A stretch of DNA of 64,000 nucleotides from Eledone cirrhosa. Its lineage: Eukaryota. Location of the stretch: assembly GCA_964016885.1 (NCBI GenBank), contig OZ024763.1:16740001-16804000 (forward strand), in the 5' to 3' direction. A program made the position numbers and the translations under genes. Below the pieces are notes generated by a model, which worked only from the letters and a program-made list of their open reading frames with translations, searched no databases and was not told where the DNA came from. This document shows, piece by piece, positions 51,808 through 64,000 of the stretch (the first letter of the stretch is position 1; each line of letters begins with the position of its first letter).

Positions 51808-52465
51808 TCATCATCATCATCATTTCATTTTACGTCCGCTTTATCCCTGCTTGCAAGGGTGGGACGGGAACTGATTTTGGCTTGGTTTCTACAGCTGGAT
51901 GCCCTTCCTAACACCAACCTCATTTGCAGTGAATGCTGGCTGCTTTTTTGCCGTGGAATGATAGGGACCCCAGTCCCTATCATCTCATTTCTACAGCTGA
52001 GTAAACTGGAGCAATGTGAAATAAAGTGTCTTGCTCAAGGAAATAACACATCCCCCGGTCTGAGAATTGAACTCACAACCCTTCGATTGCAAGGCCAATG
52101 CTCTAACCACTAAGCCATGTACCTCCATGTGCCTCTTTCTATATATATATATACATACATGCATGCAGTAATACAGAAGACCTGACTTCCCACGGGTACA
52201 AGCCGAAGCTGAAGCATATAGACAATATGCCCCCCAGCCCACACTGCAAAGTGGTCGTGGAGGTGCCACGGCAAAAAAACACCCAGCACTCACTGTAAAT
52301 GAGGTTGGTGTTAGGAAGGGCATCCAGCTGTAGAAATCAAGCCAGAATCAGTTCCCGTATGAGCAAGGCATGGTTAGCCGGCCAGACACTGCCGACAACA
52401 GGACAACCCGTTTAACCCATGCTAGCGTGGAAGAATGGATGTAAAAAAACGGTGATGATGATGAT
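51804..52465. mobile_element. Two divergently oriented SINE A copies (51804-52125 minus; about 52180-52465 plus)
   Basis: Family A body and tails; the two copies carry the two different tail types. Confidence 0.8.
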
Positions 52466-52679
52466 TTATATATATATATATGTGTGTGTGTATAGATATA
52501 TGTGTATATATGAACAACTGTTATATGGAGGTGGTGGTGGTAGAGGTGGTGGTAGTGGTGGTGGTAGTGGTGAGTGTGTAGGAAAGGGCAGGGGTTTTAG
52601 GCTGCGTAAGTCACCCTATGTGGGTTGAAATAATTGGCCAGAAGTGGAAAATTAGGTTAGACAAGCCAAATATCTGATT

Positions 52680-53605
52680 GATCACCATCATAACCACCAC
52701 CATCACCATCATCATCATCGCCCTCACCATCACCATCATCATCATCATCTCCATCATCACCATCATCACCATCATCATCACCATCACCATCACTGCACCA
52801 CACCATCATCACCATCATCATCATCACCACCATCATCATCACCACCACCATCATCTCCATCATCATCATCGCCCTCACCATCACCATCATCACCATCACC
52901 ATCATCATCAGCATCAACACCATCACCATCACTACCATCACCATCACCATCATCACCACCACCATCATCATTATCACCACCATCATCATTATCACCATCA
53001 CCACCACCATCATCATCCCTACTAACACCACCCTCGCCAATATCACCCCCCCCCCCCAGAAATTTTTATCATAATTCAAAAGTTTAATCATCTTCCCCAT
53101 ACATCAATAATACAGACATCTCCTTCTTTCTCTCCTTCCTTCTTTCTTTCTCTCCTTCCTTCTTTCTTTCCTTCCTTCTTTCTCTCCTTCCTTCTTTCTT
53201 TCTTTCTTTCTCTCCTTCCTTCTTTCTTTCCTTCCTTCTTTCTCTCCTTCCTTCTTTCTTTCTTTCTTTCTCTCCTTCCTTCTTTCTTTCTTTCTTTCCT
53301 TCTTACTCTTTCTCACTTTCGTTCTCTCTTTCTTTCCTCCTTTCTTTCTTTTATCCTTTTCCTTCTCTCTTTCTTCCTCTCTTTTTCTTTCTTTCCTTCT
53401 CTTTCTCTCTTTCCTTCTTCCGTTCTTTCTTTCTTCCGTTCTTTCTTTCCTTCTTTCTCTCTTTCTTTCTTTCTCTCTTCTTTCCTTCTCTCTTTCCTTC
53501 TCTTTCTTTACTTCTTCCTTTCTCTCACCTTTCTATTTTATCATTTAGTTCTTATTATTTTTCTTACTTTCATTTTTTCCTTTCTTTCTGATAACTTTCC
53601 TTCTC
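52680..53605. repeat. (CAT/CAC)n tract followed by a polypyrimidine (TTTC/TTCC)n tract
   Basis: Direct reading. Confidence 0.9.
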
Positions 53606-53827
53606 AATGTCTGTTGCCACCCCGCTACCTTCCACACGGCCCCACTGCCCTCTCTGTATCATGGAAAGGAAGGGGGTGATGTCCCCTCCTTTCTCACTCA
53701 TCACCCTTCACCCTTTTATTCTGTCAAATCTCTCCACACTTGGCACACACCCATGACATTCTCCCCCATTCCACCTGAACCCATCCCTGTGGCAGGGAGG
53801 GCTCTTCTCTCGAGTCAGTCACCCGGC

Positions 53828-54472
53828 AACTTTTCTAGTGCCCATGCCACAATAAATGCCCCCAGTACACTCCGTAAAGGGGTTGTTGATAGGAAGGGAA
53901 ACTGTCTAAATGTATAAAGCTTTCCAAGCAAAGGGTCATGAGGACCCTTCAGCTGTGTCAAAGACACGACAAAACTCCCTCTTCCTAGTGTTAGTGTTCT
54001 ACACAATAAACACACCCAGTACACTCTGTAAAGTGGTTGTTGATAGGAAGGGAAACTGTCTAAATGTATAAAGCTTTCCAAGCAAAGGGTCATGAGGACC
54101 CTTCAGCTGTGTCAAAGACACGACAAAACTCCCTCTTCCTAGTGTTAGTGATCTACACAATAAACACACCCAGTACACTCTGTAAAGTGGTTGGTGATAG
54201 GAAGAGAATTTGGCCCTAGAAAACTGGCCAAAAAAAGTGTTGGTAGGACTGTTCAGCTGTACTGCAGACATGATAACCTCCCTAGTGTTGGTGATCTACA
54301 TGATATAAACACCCAGTACGCTCTGTAAAGTGGAGGGTGATCGGACGGGCATCTAACTGTATAAAGCTTGCCAAACAAACGGTCATGAGGACCCTTCAGC
54401 TGTGTCAGATATATGACAACCTCCCTAGTGATGGTGCTATGATAAAATATACTTAGTACATGACAGGACCCA
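53828..54472 (+). repeat. Diverged monomers related to both downstream satellites
   Basis: CCCAGTAC.CTC.GTAAAG at about 53861, 54015, 54169 and 54312. The third monomer closely resembles the 144-bp satellite unit. Confidence 0.8.
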
Positions 54473-57400
54473 GCAGCCTTCCTAGTGTTGGTGATATACC
54501 TGGTAAACCCTCCCAGTACACTCTGTAAAGTGGTTGGTGAAAGGAAGGACATCTAGCTGTAGGAAACCTGCCTAACAAAGGACTGATAGGACTGTTCAGC
54601 TGTGCCATAGATTAGGCAGCCTTCCTAGTGTTGGTGATATACCTGGTAAACCCTCCCAGTACACTCTGTAAAGTGGTTGGTGAAAGGAAGGACATCTAGC
54701 TGTAGGAAACCTGCCGAACAAAGGACTGATAGGACTGTTCAGCTGTGCCATAGATTAGGCAGCCTTCCTAGTGTTGGTGATATACCTGGTAAACCCTCCC
54801 AGTACACTCTGTAAAGTGGTTGGTGAAAGGAAGGACATCTAGCTGTAGGAAACCTGCCGAACAAAGGACTGATAGGACTGTTCAGCTGTGCCATAGATTA
54901 GGCAGCCTTCCTAGTGTTGGTGATATACCTGGTAAACCCTCCCAGTACACTCTGTAAAGTGGTTGGTGAAAGGAAGGACATCTAGCTGTAGGAAACCTGC
55001 CGAACAAAGGGCTGATAGGACTGTTCAGCTGTGCCATAGATTAGGCAGCCTTCCTAGTGTTGGTGATATACCTGGTAAACCCTCCCAGTACACTCTGTAA
55101 AGTGGTTGGTGAAAGGAAGGACATCTAGCTGTAGGAAACCTGCCGAACAAAGGGCTGATAGGACTGTTCAGCTGTGCCATAGATTAGGCAGCCTTCCTAG
55201 TGTTGGTGATATACCTGGTAAACCCTCCCAGTACACTCTGTAAAGTGGTTGGTGAAAGGAAGGACATCTAGCTGTAGGAAACCTGCCGAACAAAGGACTG
55301 ATAGGACTGTTCAGCTGTGCCATAGATTAGGCAGCCTTCCTAGTGTTGGTGATCTACCTGGTAAACCCTCCCAGTACACTCTGTAAAGTGGTTGGTGAAA
55401 GGAAGGACATCTAGCTGTAGGAAACCTGCCGAACAAAGGACTGATAGGACTGTTCAGCTGTGCCATAGATTAGGCAGCCTTCCTAGTGTTGGTGATATAC
55501 CTGGTAAACCCTCCCAGTACACTCTGTAAAGTGGTTGGTGAAAGGAAGGACATCTAGCTGTAGGAAACCTGCCGAACAAAGGACTGATAGGACTGTTCAG
55601 CTGTGCCATAGATTAGGCAGCCTTCCTAGTGTTGGTGATATACCTGGTAAACCCTCCCAGTACACTCTGTAAAGTGGTTGGTGAAAGGAAGGACATCTAG
55701 CTGTAGGGAACCTGCCTAACAAAGGGCTGATAGGACTGTTCAGCTGTGCCATAGATTAGGCAGCCTTCCTAGTGTTGGTGATATACCTGGTAAACCCTCC
55801 CAGTACACTCTGTAAAGTGGTTGGTGAAAGGAAGGACATCTAGCTGTAGGAAACCTGCCGAACAAAGGGCTGATAGGACTGTTCAGCTGTGCCATAGATT
55901 AGGCAGCCTTCCTAGTGTTGGTGATATACCTGGTAAACCCTCCCAGTACACTCTGTAAAGTGGTTGGTGAAAGGAAGGACATCTAGCTGTAGGAAACCTG
56001 CCGAACAAAGGACTGATAGGACTGTTCAGCTGTGCCATAGATTAGGCAGCCTTCCTAGTGTTGGTGATATACCTGGTAAACCCTCCTAGTACACTCTGTA
56101 AAGTGGTTGGTGAAAGGAAGGACATCTAGCTGTAGGAAACCTGCCGAACAAAGGACTGATAGGACTGTTCAGCTGTGCCATAGATTAGGCAGCCTTCCTA
56201 GTGTTGGTGATATACCTGGTAAACCCTCCTAGTACACTCTGTAAAGTGGTTGGTGAAAGGAAGGACATCTAGCTGTAGGGAACCTGCCTAACAAAGGGCT
56301 GATAGGACTGTTCAGCTGTGCCATAGATTAGGCAGCCTTCCTAGTGTTGGTGATATACCTGGTAAACCCTCCCAGTACACTCTGTAAAGTGGTTGGTGAA
56401 AGGAAGGACATCTAGCTGTAGGAAACCTGCCGAACAAAGGACTGATAGGACTGTTCAGCTGTGCCATAGATTAGGCAGCCTTCCTAGTGTTGGTGATATA
56501 CCTGGTAAACCCTCCCAGTACACTCTGTAAAGTGGTTGGTGAAAGGAAGGACATCTAGCTGTAGGAAACCTGCCGAACAAAGGACTGATAGGACTGTTCA
56601 GCTGTGCCATAGATTAGGCAGCCTTCCTAGTGTTGGTGATATACCTGGTAAACCCTCCCAGTACACTCTGTAAAGTGGTTGGTGAAAGGAAGGACATCTA
56701 GCTGTAGGAAACCTGCCGAACAAAGGACTGATAGGACTGTTCAGCTGTGCCATAGATTAGGCAGCCTTCCTAGTGTTGGTGATATACCTGGTAAACCCTC
56801 CCAGTACACTCTGTAAAGTGGTTGGTGAAAGGAAGGACATCTAGCTGTAGGAAACCTGCCGAACAAAGGACTGATAGGACTGTTCAGCTGTGCCATAGAT
56901 TAGGCAGCCTTCCTAGTGTTGGTGATATACCTGGTAAACCCTCCCAGTACACTCTGTAAAGTGGTTGGTGAAAGGAAGGACATCTAGCTGTAGGAAACCT
57001 GCCGAACAAAGGACTGATAGGACTGTTCAGCTGTGCCATAGATTAGGCAGCCTTCCTAGTGTTGGTGATATACCTGGTAAACCCTCCCAGTACACTCTGT
57101 AAAGTGGTTGGTGAAAGGAAGGACATCTAGCTGTAGGAAACCTGCCGAACAAAGGGCTGATAGGACTGTTCAGCTGTGCCATAGATTAGGCAGCCTTCCT
57201 AGTGTTGGTGATATACCTGGTAAACCCTCCCAGTACACTCTGTAAAGTGGTTGGTGAAAGGAAGGACATCTAGCTGTAGGAAACCTGCCGAACAAAGGGC
57301 TGATAGGACTGTTCAGCTGTGCCATAGATTAGGCAGCCTTCCTAGTGTTGGTGATATACCTGGTAAACCCTCCCAGTACACTCTGTAAAGTGGTTGGTGA

Positions 57401-59649
57401 AAGGAAGGACATCTAGCTGTAGGAAACCTGCCGAACAAAGGACTGATAGGACTGTTCAGCTGTGCCATAGATTAGGCAGCCTTCCTAGTGTTGGTGATCT
57501 ACCTGGTAAACCCTCCCAGTACACTCTGTAAAGTGGTTGGTGAAAGGAAGGACATCTAGCTGTAGGAAACCTGCCGAACAAAGGACTGATAGGACTGTTC
57601 AGCTGTGCCATAGATTAGGCAGCCTTCCTAGTGTTGGTGATATACCTGGTAAACCCTCCCAGTACACTCTGTAAAGTGGTTGGTGAAAGGAAGGACATCT
57701 AGCTGTAGGAAACCTGCCGAACAAAGGACTGATAGGACTGTTCAGCTGTGCCATAGATTAGGCAGCCTTCCTAGTGTTGGTGATATACCTGGTAAACCCT
57801 CCCAGTACACTCTGTAAAGTGGTTGGTGAAAGGAAGGACATCTAGCTGTAGGGAACCTGCCTAACAAAGGGCTGATAGGACTGTTCAGCTGTGCCATAGA
57901 TTAGGCAGCCTTCCTAGTGTTGGTGATATACCTGGTAAACCCTCCCAGTACACTCTGTAAAGTGGTTGGTGAAAGGAAGGACATCTAGCTGTAGGAAACC
58001 TGCCGAACAAAGGGCTGATAGGACTGTTCAGCTGTGCCATAGATTAGGCAGCCTTCCTAGTGTTGGTGATATACCTGGTAAACCCTCCCAGTACACTCTG
58101 TAAAGTGGTTGGTGAAAGGAAGGACATCTAGCTGTAGGAAACCTGCCGAACAAAGGACTGATAGGACTGTTCAGCTGTGCCATAGATTAGGCAGCCTTCC
58201 TAGTGTTGGTGATATACCTGGTAAACCCTCCTAGTACACTCTGTAAAGTGGTTGGTGAAAGGAAGGACATCTAGCTGTAGGAAACCTGCCGAACAAAGGA
58301 CTGATAGGACTGTTCAGCTGTGCCATAGATTAGGCAGCCTTCCTAGTGTTGGTGATATACCTGGTAAACCCTCCTAGTACACTCTGTAAAGTGGTTGGTG
58401 AAAGGAAGGACATCTAGCTGTAGGGAACCTGCCTAACAAAGGGCTGATAGGACTGTTCAGCTGTGCCATAGATTAGGCAGCCTTCCTAGTGTTGGTGATA
58501 TACCTGGTAAACCCTCCCAGTACACTCTGTAAAGTGGTTGGTGAAAGGAAGGACATCTAGCTGTAGGAAACCTGCCGAACAAAGGACTGATAGGACTGTT
58601 CAGCTGTGCCATAGATTAGGCAGCCTTCCTAGTGTTGGTGATATACCTGGTAAACCCTCCCAGTACACTCTGTAAAGTGGTTGGTGAAAGGAAGGACATC
58701 TAGCTGTAGGAAACCTGCCGAACAAAGGACTGATAGGACTGTTCAGCTGTGCCATAGATTAGGCAGCCTTCCTAGTGTTGGTGATATACCTGGTAAACCC
58801 TCCCAGTACACTCTGTAAAGTGGTTGGTGAAAGGAAGGACATCTAGCTGTAGGAAACCTGCCGAACAAAGGACTGATAGGACTGTTCAGCTGTGCCATAG
58901 ATTAGGCAGCCTTCCTAGTGTTGGTGATATACCTGGTAAACCCTCCCAGTACACTCTGTAAAGTGGTTGGTGAAAGGAAGGACATCTAGCTGTAGGAAAC
59001 CTGCCGAACAAAGGACTGATAGGACTGTTCAGCTGTGCCATAGATTAGGCAGCCTTCCTAGTGTTGGTGATATACCTGGTAAACCCTCCCAGTACACTCT
59101 GTAAAGTGGTTGGTGAAAGGAAGGACATCTAGCTGTAGGAAACCTGCCGAACAAAGGACTGATAGGACTGTTCAGCTGTGCCATAGATTAGGCAGCCTTC
59201 CTAGTGTTGGTGATATACCTGGTAAACCCTCCCAGTACACTCTGTAAAGTGGTTGGTGAAAGGAAGGACATCTAGCTGTAGGAAACCTGCCGAACAAAGG
59301 ACTGATAGGACTGTTCAGCTGTGCCATAGATTAGGCAGCCTTCCTAGTGTTGGTGATATACCTGGTAAACCCTCCCAGTACACTCTGTAAAGTGGTTGGT
59401 GAAAGGAAGGACATCTAGCTGTAGGAAACCTGCCGAACAAAGGACTGATAGGACTGTTCAGCTGTGCCATAGATTAGGCAGCCTTCCTAGTGTTGGTGAT
59501 ATACCTGGTAAACCCTCCCAGTACACTCTGTAAAGTGGTTGGTGAAAGGAAGGATATCTAGCTGTAGGGAACCTGCCTAACAAAGGGCTGTTAGGACTGT
59601 TCAGCTGTGCCATTGATTAGGCAGCCTTTCTAGTGTTGGTGATCTACAT
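54473..59649 (+). repeat. Satellite 1: 143-bp unit, 36 copies, SINE-derived
   Basis: CCTAGTGTTG at 54481, 54624, 54767 and onward to 59629 (36 x 143). The unit contains CCCAGTACACTCTGTAAAGTGGTTGGTGAAAGGAAGGACATCTAGCTGTAGGAAACC, similar to the SINE A core. Confidence 0.97.
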
Positions 59650-60152
59650 CAGTGCTACTCAAAGTGGTGGTCCACGGACCGGTGCCAGTACGCGAGCCAT
59701 CAGCTACCGGTATGCGGCCAGTGTCCAGGCCATGCTAGGGAATCATTTGAACAATTTTTTTTATTACTTTTTTATGTTTTGTATTATTTGTTTACAAAAT
59801 AAATAGAAGATAAAAAAATGGTCAACTATTATTATATTCAGGGCACTGGATTGGCAGTATCAGTAGAGGGTCGAGCGCCATGCTTTGAAGCATGGAGCTA
59901 CCTCCCTTTATGATCTGGGTTCAAATCCTGCCGAGGCTAACTTTGCCTTTCATCCTTACGGGGTCGATAAAATAAAGTACCAGTAATGCACTGGGTAATT
60001 GATGGCCTTGTGCCAAAAGTAGAAACAATTATATTCCTTATATATATATCGTTTCCGGTATAAATTAATATTACTACGAAATATTAATGGTACGCGGCAC
60101 ATTGAAAAAAAGAAATGCCGGTCTGCCACATCAGATAGTTTGAGAAGCCCTG
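59650..60152. mobile_element. hAT-Charlie-like MITE with a nested SINE B (59841-60031)
   Basis: Ends CAGTGCTACTCAAA...TTTGAGAAGCCCTG. 8-bp flanks ATCTACAT / CTGTACAT match 6/8 with a central TA. Removing it restores GATCTACATGATATAAAC of the satellite 2 unit. Confidence 0.8.
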
Positions 60153-63100
60153 CTGTACATGATATAAACACCCAGTACACTCTGTAAAGTGGTTGTTGGT
60201 TGTTGATAGGAAGAGAATTTGACGCTAGAAAAGCTGGCCAAATAAAGTGTTGGTAGGACTGTCTAGGTGAACTACAGACATGACACCCTCCCTAGTGTTG
60301 GTGATCTACATGATATAAACACCCAGTACACTCTGTAAAGTGGTTGTTGATAGGAAGAGAATTTGACGCTAGAAAAGCTGGCCAAATAAAGTGTTGGTAG
60401 GACTGTCTAGGTGTACTACAGACATGACACCCTCCCTAGTGTTGGTGATCTACATGATATAAACACCCAGTACACTCTGTAAAGTGGTTGTTGATAGGAA
60501 GAGAATTTGACGCTAGAAAAGCTGGCCAAATAAAGTGTTGGTAGGACTGTCTAGGTGTACTACAGACATGACACCCTCCCTAGTGTTGGTGATCTACATG
60601 ATATAAACACCCAGTACACTCTGTAAAGTGGTTGTTGATAGGAAGAGAATTTGACGCTAGAAAAGCTGGCCAAATAAAGTGTTGGTAGGACTGTCTAGGT
60701 GTACTACAGACATGACACCCTCCCTAGTGTTGGTGATCTACATGATATAAACACCCAGTACACTCTGTAAAGTGGTTGTTGATAGGAAGAGAATTTGACG
60801 CTAGAAAAGCTGGCCAAATAAAGTGTTGGTAGGACTGTCTAGGTGAACTACAGACATGACACCCTCCCTAGTGTTGGTGATCTACATGATATAAACACCC
60901 AGTACACTCTGTAAAGTGGTTGTTGATAGGAAGAGAATTTGACGCTAGAAAAGCTGGCCAAATAAAGTGTTGGTAGGACTGTCTAGGTGTACTACAGACA
61001 TGACACCCTCCCTAGTGTTGGTGATCTACATGATATAAACACCCAGTACACTCTGTAAAGTGGTTGTTGATAGGAAGAGAATTTGACGCTAGAAAAGCTG
61101 GCCAAATAAAGTGTTGGTAGGACTGTCTAGGTGTACTACAGACATGACACCCTCCCTAGTGTTGGTGATCTACATGATATAAACACCCAGTACACTCTGT
61201 AAAGTGGTTGTTGATAGGAAGAGAATTTGACGCTAGAAAAGCTGGCCAAATAAAGTGTTGGTAGGACTGTCTAGGTGAACTACAGACATGACACCCTCCC
61301 TAGAGTTGGTGATCTACATGATATAAACACCCAGTAGACTCTGTAAAGTGGTTGTTGATAGGAAGAGAATTTGACGCTAGAAAAGCTGGCCAAATAGAGT
61401 GTTGGTAGGACTGTCTAGGTGAACTACAGACATGACACCCTCCCTAGTGTTGGTGATCTACATGATATAAACACCCAGTACACTCTGTAAAGTGGTTGTT
61501 GATAGGAAGAGAATTTGACGCTAGAAAAGCTGGCCAAATAAAGTGTTGGTAGGACTGTCTAGGTGAACTACAGACATGACACCCTCCCTAGTGTTGGTGA
61601 TCTACATGATATAAACACCCAGTACACTCTGTAAAGTGGTTGTTGATAGGAAGAGAATTTGACGCTAGAAAAGCTGGCCAAATAAAGTGTTGGTAGGACT
61701 GTCTAGGTGTACTACAGACATGACACCCTCCCTAGTGTTGGTGATCTACATGATATAAACACCCAGTACACTCTGTAAAGTGGTTGTTGATAGGAAGAGA
61801 ATTTGACGCTAGAAAAGCTGGCCAAATAAAGTGTTGGTAGGACTGTCTAGGTGAACTACAGACATGACACCCTCCCTAGAGTTGGTGATCTACATGATAT
61901 AAACACCCAGTAGACTCTGTAAAGTGGTTGTTGATAGGAAGAGAATTTGACGCTAGAAAAGCTGGCCAAATAGAGTGTTGGTAGGACTGTCTAGGTGAAC
62001 TACAGACATGACACCCTCCCTAGTGTTGGTGATCTACATGATATAAACACCCAGTACACTCTGTAAAGTGGTTGTTGGTTGTTGATAGGAAGAGAATTTG
62101 GTCCTAGAAAAGCTGGCCAAATAAAGTGTTGGTAGGACTGTCTAGGTGAACTACAGACATGACACCCTCCCTAGTGTTGGTGATCTACATGATATAAACA
62201 CCCAGTAGACTCTGTAAAGTGGTTGTTGGTTGTTGATAGGAAGAGAATTTGGTCCTAGAAAAGCTGGCCAAATAAAGTGTTGGTAGGACTGTCTAGGTGA
62301 ACTACAGACATGACACCCTCCCTAGTGTTGGTGATCTACATGATATAAACACCCAGTACACTCTGTAAAGTGGTTGTTGGTTGTTGATAGGAAGAGAATT
62401 TGGTCCTAGAAAAGCTGGCCAAATAAAGTGTTGGTAGGACTGTCTAGGTGAACTACAGACATGACACCCTCCCTAGTGTTGGTGATCTACATGATATAAA
62501 CACCCAGTAGACTCTGTAAAGTGGTTGTTGGTTGTTGATAGGAAGAGAATTTGGTCCTAGAAAAGCTGGCCAAATAAAGTGTTGGTAGGACTGTCTAGGT
62601 GTACTACAGACATGACACCCTCCCTAGTGTTGGTGATCTACATGATATAAACACCCAGTACACTCTGTAAAGTGGTTGTTGGTTGTTGATAGGAAGAGAA
62701 TTTGGCCCTAGAAAAGCTGGCCAAATAAAGTGTTGGTAGGACTGTCTAGGTGAACTACAGACATGACACCCTCCCTAGTGTTGGTGATCTACATGATATA
62801 AACACCCAGTAGACTCTGTAAAGTGGTTGTTGGTTGTTGATAGGAAGAGAATTTGGTCCTAGAAAAGCTGGCCAAATAAAGTGTTGGTAGGACTGTCTAG
62901 GTGAACTACAGACATGACACCCTCCCTAGTGTTGGTGATCTACATGATATAAACACCCAGTAGACTCTGTAAAGTGGTTGTTGGTTGTTGATAGGAAGAG
63001 AATTTGGTCCTAGAAAAGCTGGCCAAATAAAGTGTTGGTAGGACTGTCTAGGTGTACTACAGACATGACAACCTCCCTAGTGTTGGTGATCTACATGATA

Positions 63101-64000
63101 TAAACACCCCGTACACTCTGTAAAGTGGTTGTTGGTTGTTGATAGGAAGAGAATTTGGTCCTAGAAAAGCTGGCCAAATAAAGTGTTGGTAGGACTGTCT
63201 AGGTGTACTACAGACATGACACCCTCCCTAGTGTTGGTGATCTACATGATATAAACACCCAGTACACTCTGTAAAGTGGTTGTTGATAGGAAGAGAATTT
63301 GACGCTAGAAAAGCTGGCCAAATAGAGTGTTGGTAGGACTGTCTAGGTGAACTACAGACATGACACCCTCCCTAGTGTTGGTGATCTACATGATATAAAC
63401 ACCCAGTACACTCTGTAAAGTGGTTGTTGGTTGTTGATAGGAAGAGAATTTGGTCCTAGAAAAGCTGGCCAAATAAAGTGTTGGTAGGACTGTCTAGGTG
63501 AACTACAGACATGACACCCTCCCTAGTGTTGGTGATCTACATGATATAAACACCCAGTACACTCTGTAAAGTGGTTGTTGGTTGTTGATAGGAAGAGAAT
63601 TTGGTCCTAGAAAAGCTGGCCAAATAAAGTGTTGGTAGGACTGTCTAGGTGAACTACAGACATGACACCCTCCCTAGTGTTGGTGATCTACATGATATAA
63701 ACACCCAGTACACTCTGTAAAGTGGTTGTTGATAGGAAGGGAATTTGACGCTAGAAAACCTGGCCAAATAAAGTGTTGGTAGGACTGTCTAGGTGTACTA
63801 CAGACATGACAACCTCCCTAGTGTTGGTGATCTACATGATATAAACACCCAGTAGACTCTGTAAAGTGGTTGTTGGTTGTTGATAGGAAGAGAATTTGGT
63901 CCTAGAAAAGCTGGCCAAATAAAGTGTTGGTAGGACTGTCTAGGTGAACTACAGACATGACACCCTCCCTAGTGTTGGTGATCTACATGATATAAACACC
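60153..64000 (+). repeat. Satellite 2: 144-bp unit and a 151-bp variant (GGTTGTT duplication), about 26 copies, running off the window
   Basis: CCTAGTGTTG at 60291 and 60435; the lines starting at 60301 and 61021 are identical (5 x 144). Confidence 0.97.

Noticed and set aside
54473-64000. CRISPR-like regular arrays (also 27461-28449 and 12964-13660)
   Set aside because: Head-to-tail repeats with no unique spacers, no cas genes, and a eukaryotic context.

Overview
Repeat-saturated, AT-rich animal genomic DNA with no intact host gene that I can support. The SINE, MITE and microsatellite content resembles a coleoid cephalopod such as Octopus; this is inference from recalled repeat motifs, not a database result. 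Nearly all ORFs in the supplied track are microsatellite artefacts. Real content: (1) RTE-clade LINE 3' fragments, plus many copies of two tRNA-derived SINE families, one of which shares the LINE's 3' tail. (2) Penelope-like retroelement (PLE) debris: two GIY-YIG endonuclease fragments, about ten minimal hammerhead ribozyme (HHR) motifs, and several long inverted repeats, three of which fold back at hammerhead stem II. (3) Non-autonomous DNA transposons (pogo/Tigger-like, hAT, piggyBac-like, Helitron-like). (4) Tandem arrays built from transposon parts: a 48-bp array from a piggyBac-like MITE end, a 58-bp array from a SINE tail, and two sister 143-bp and 144/151-bp satellites from a SINE body. 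The two satellites show higher-order structure and are separated by a hAT MITE. All alignments and folds were done by eye, and boundaries may be off by a few bases.
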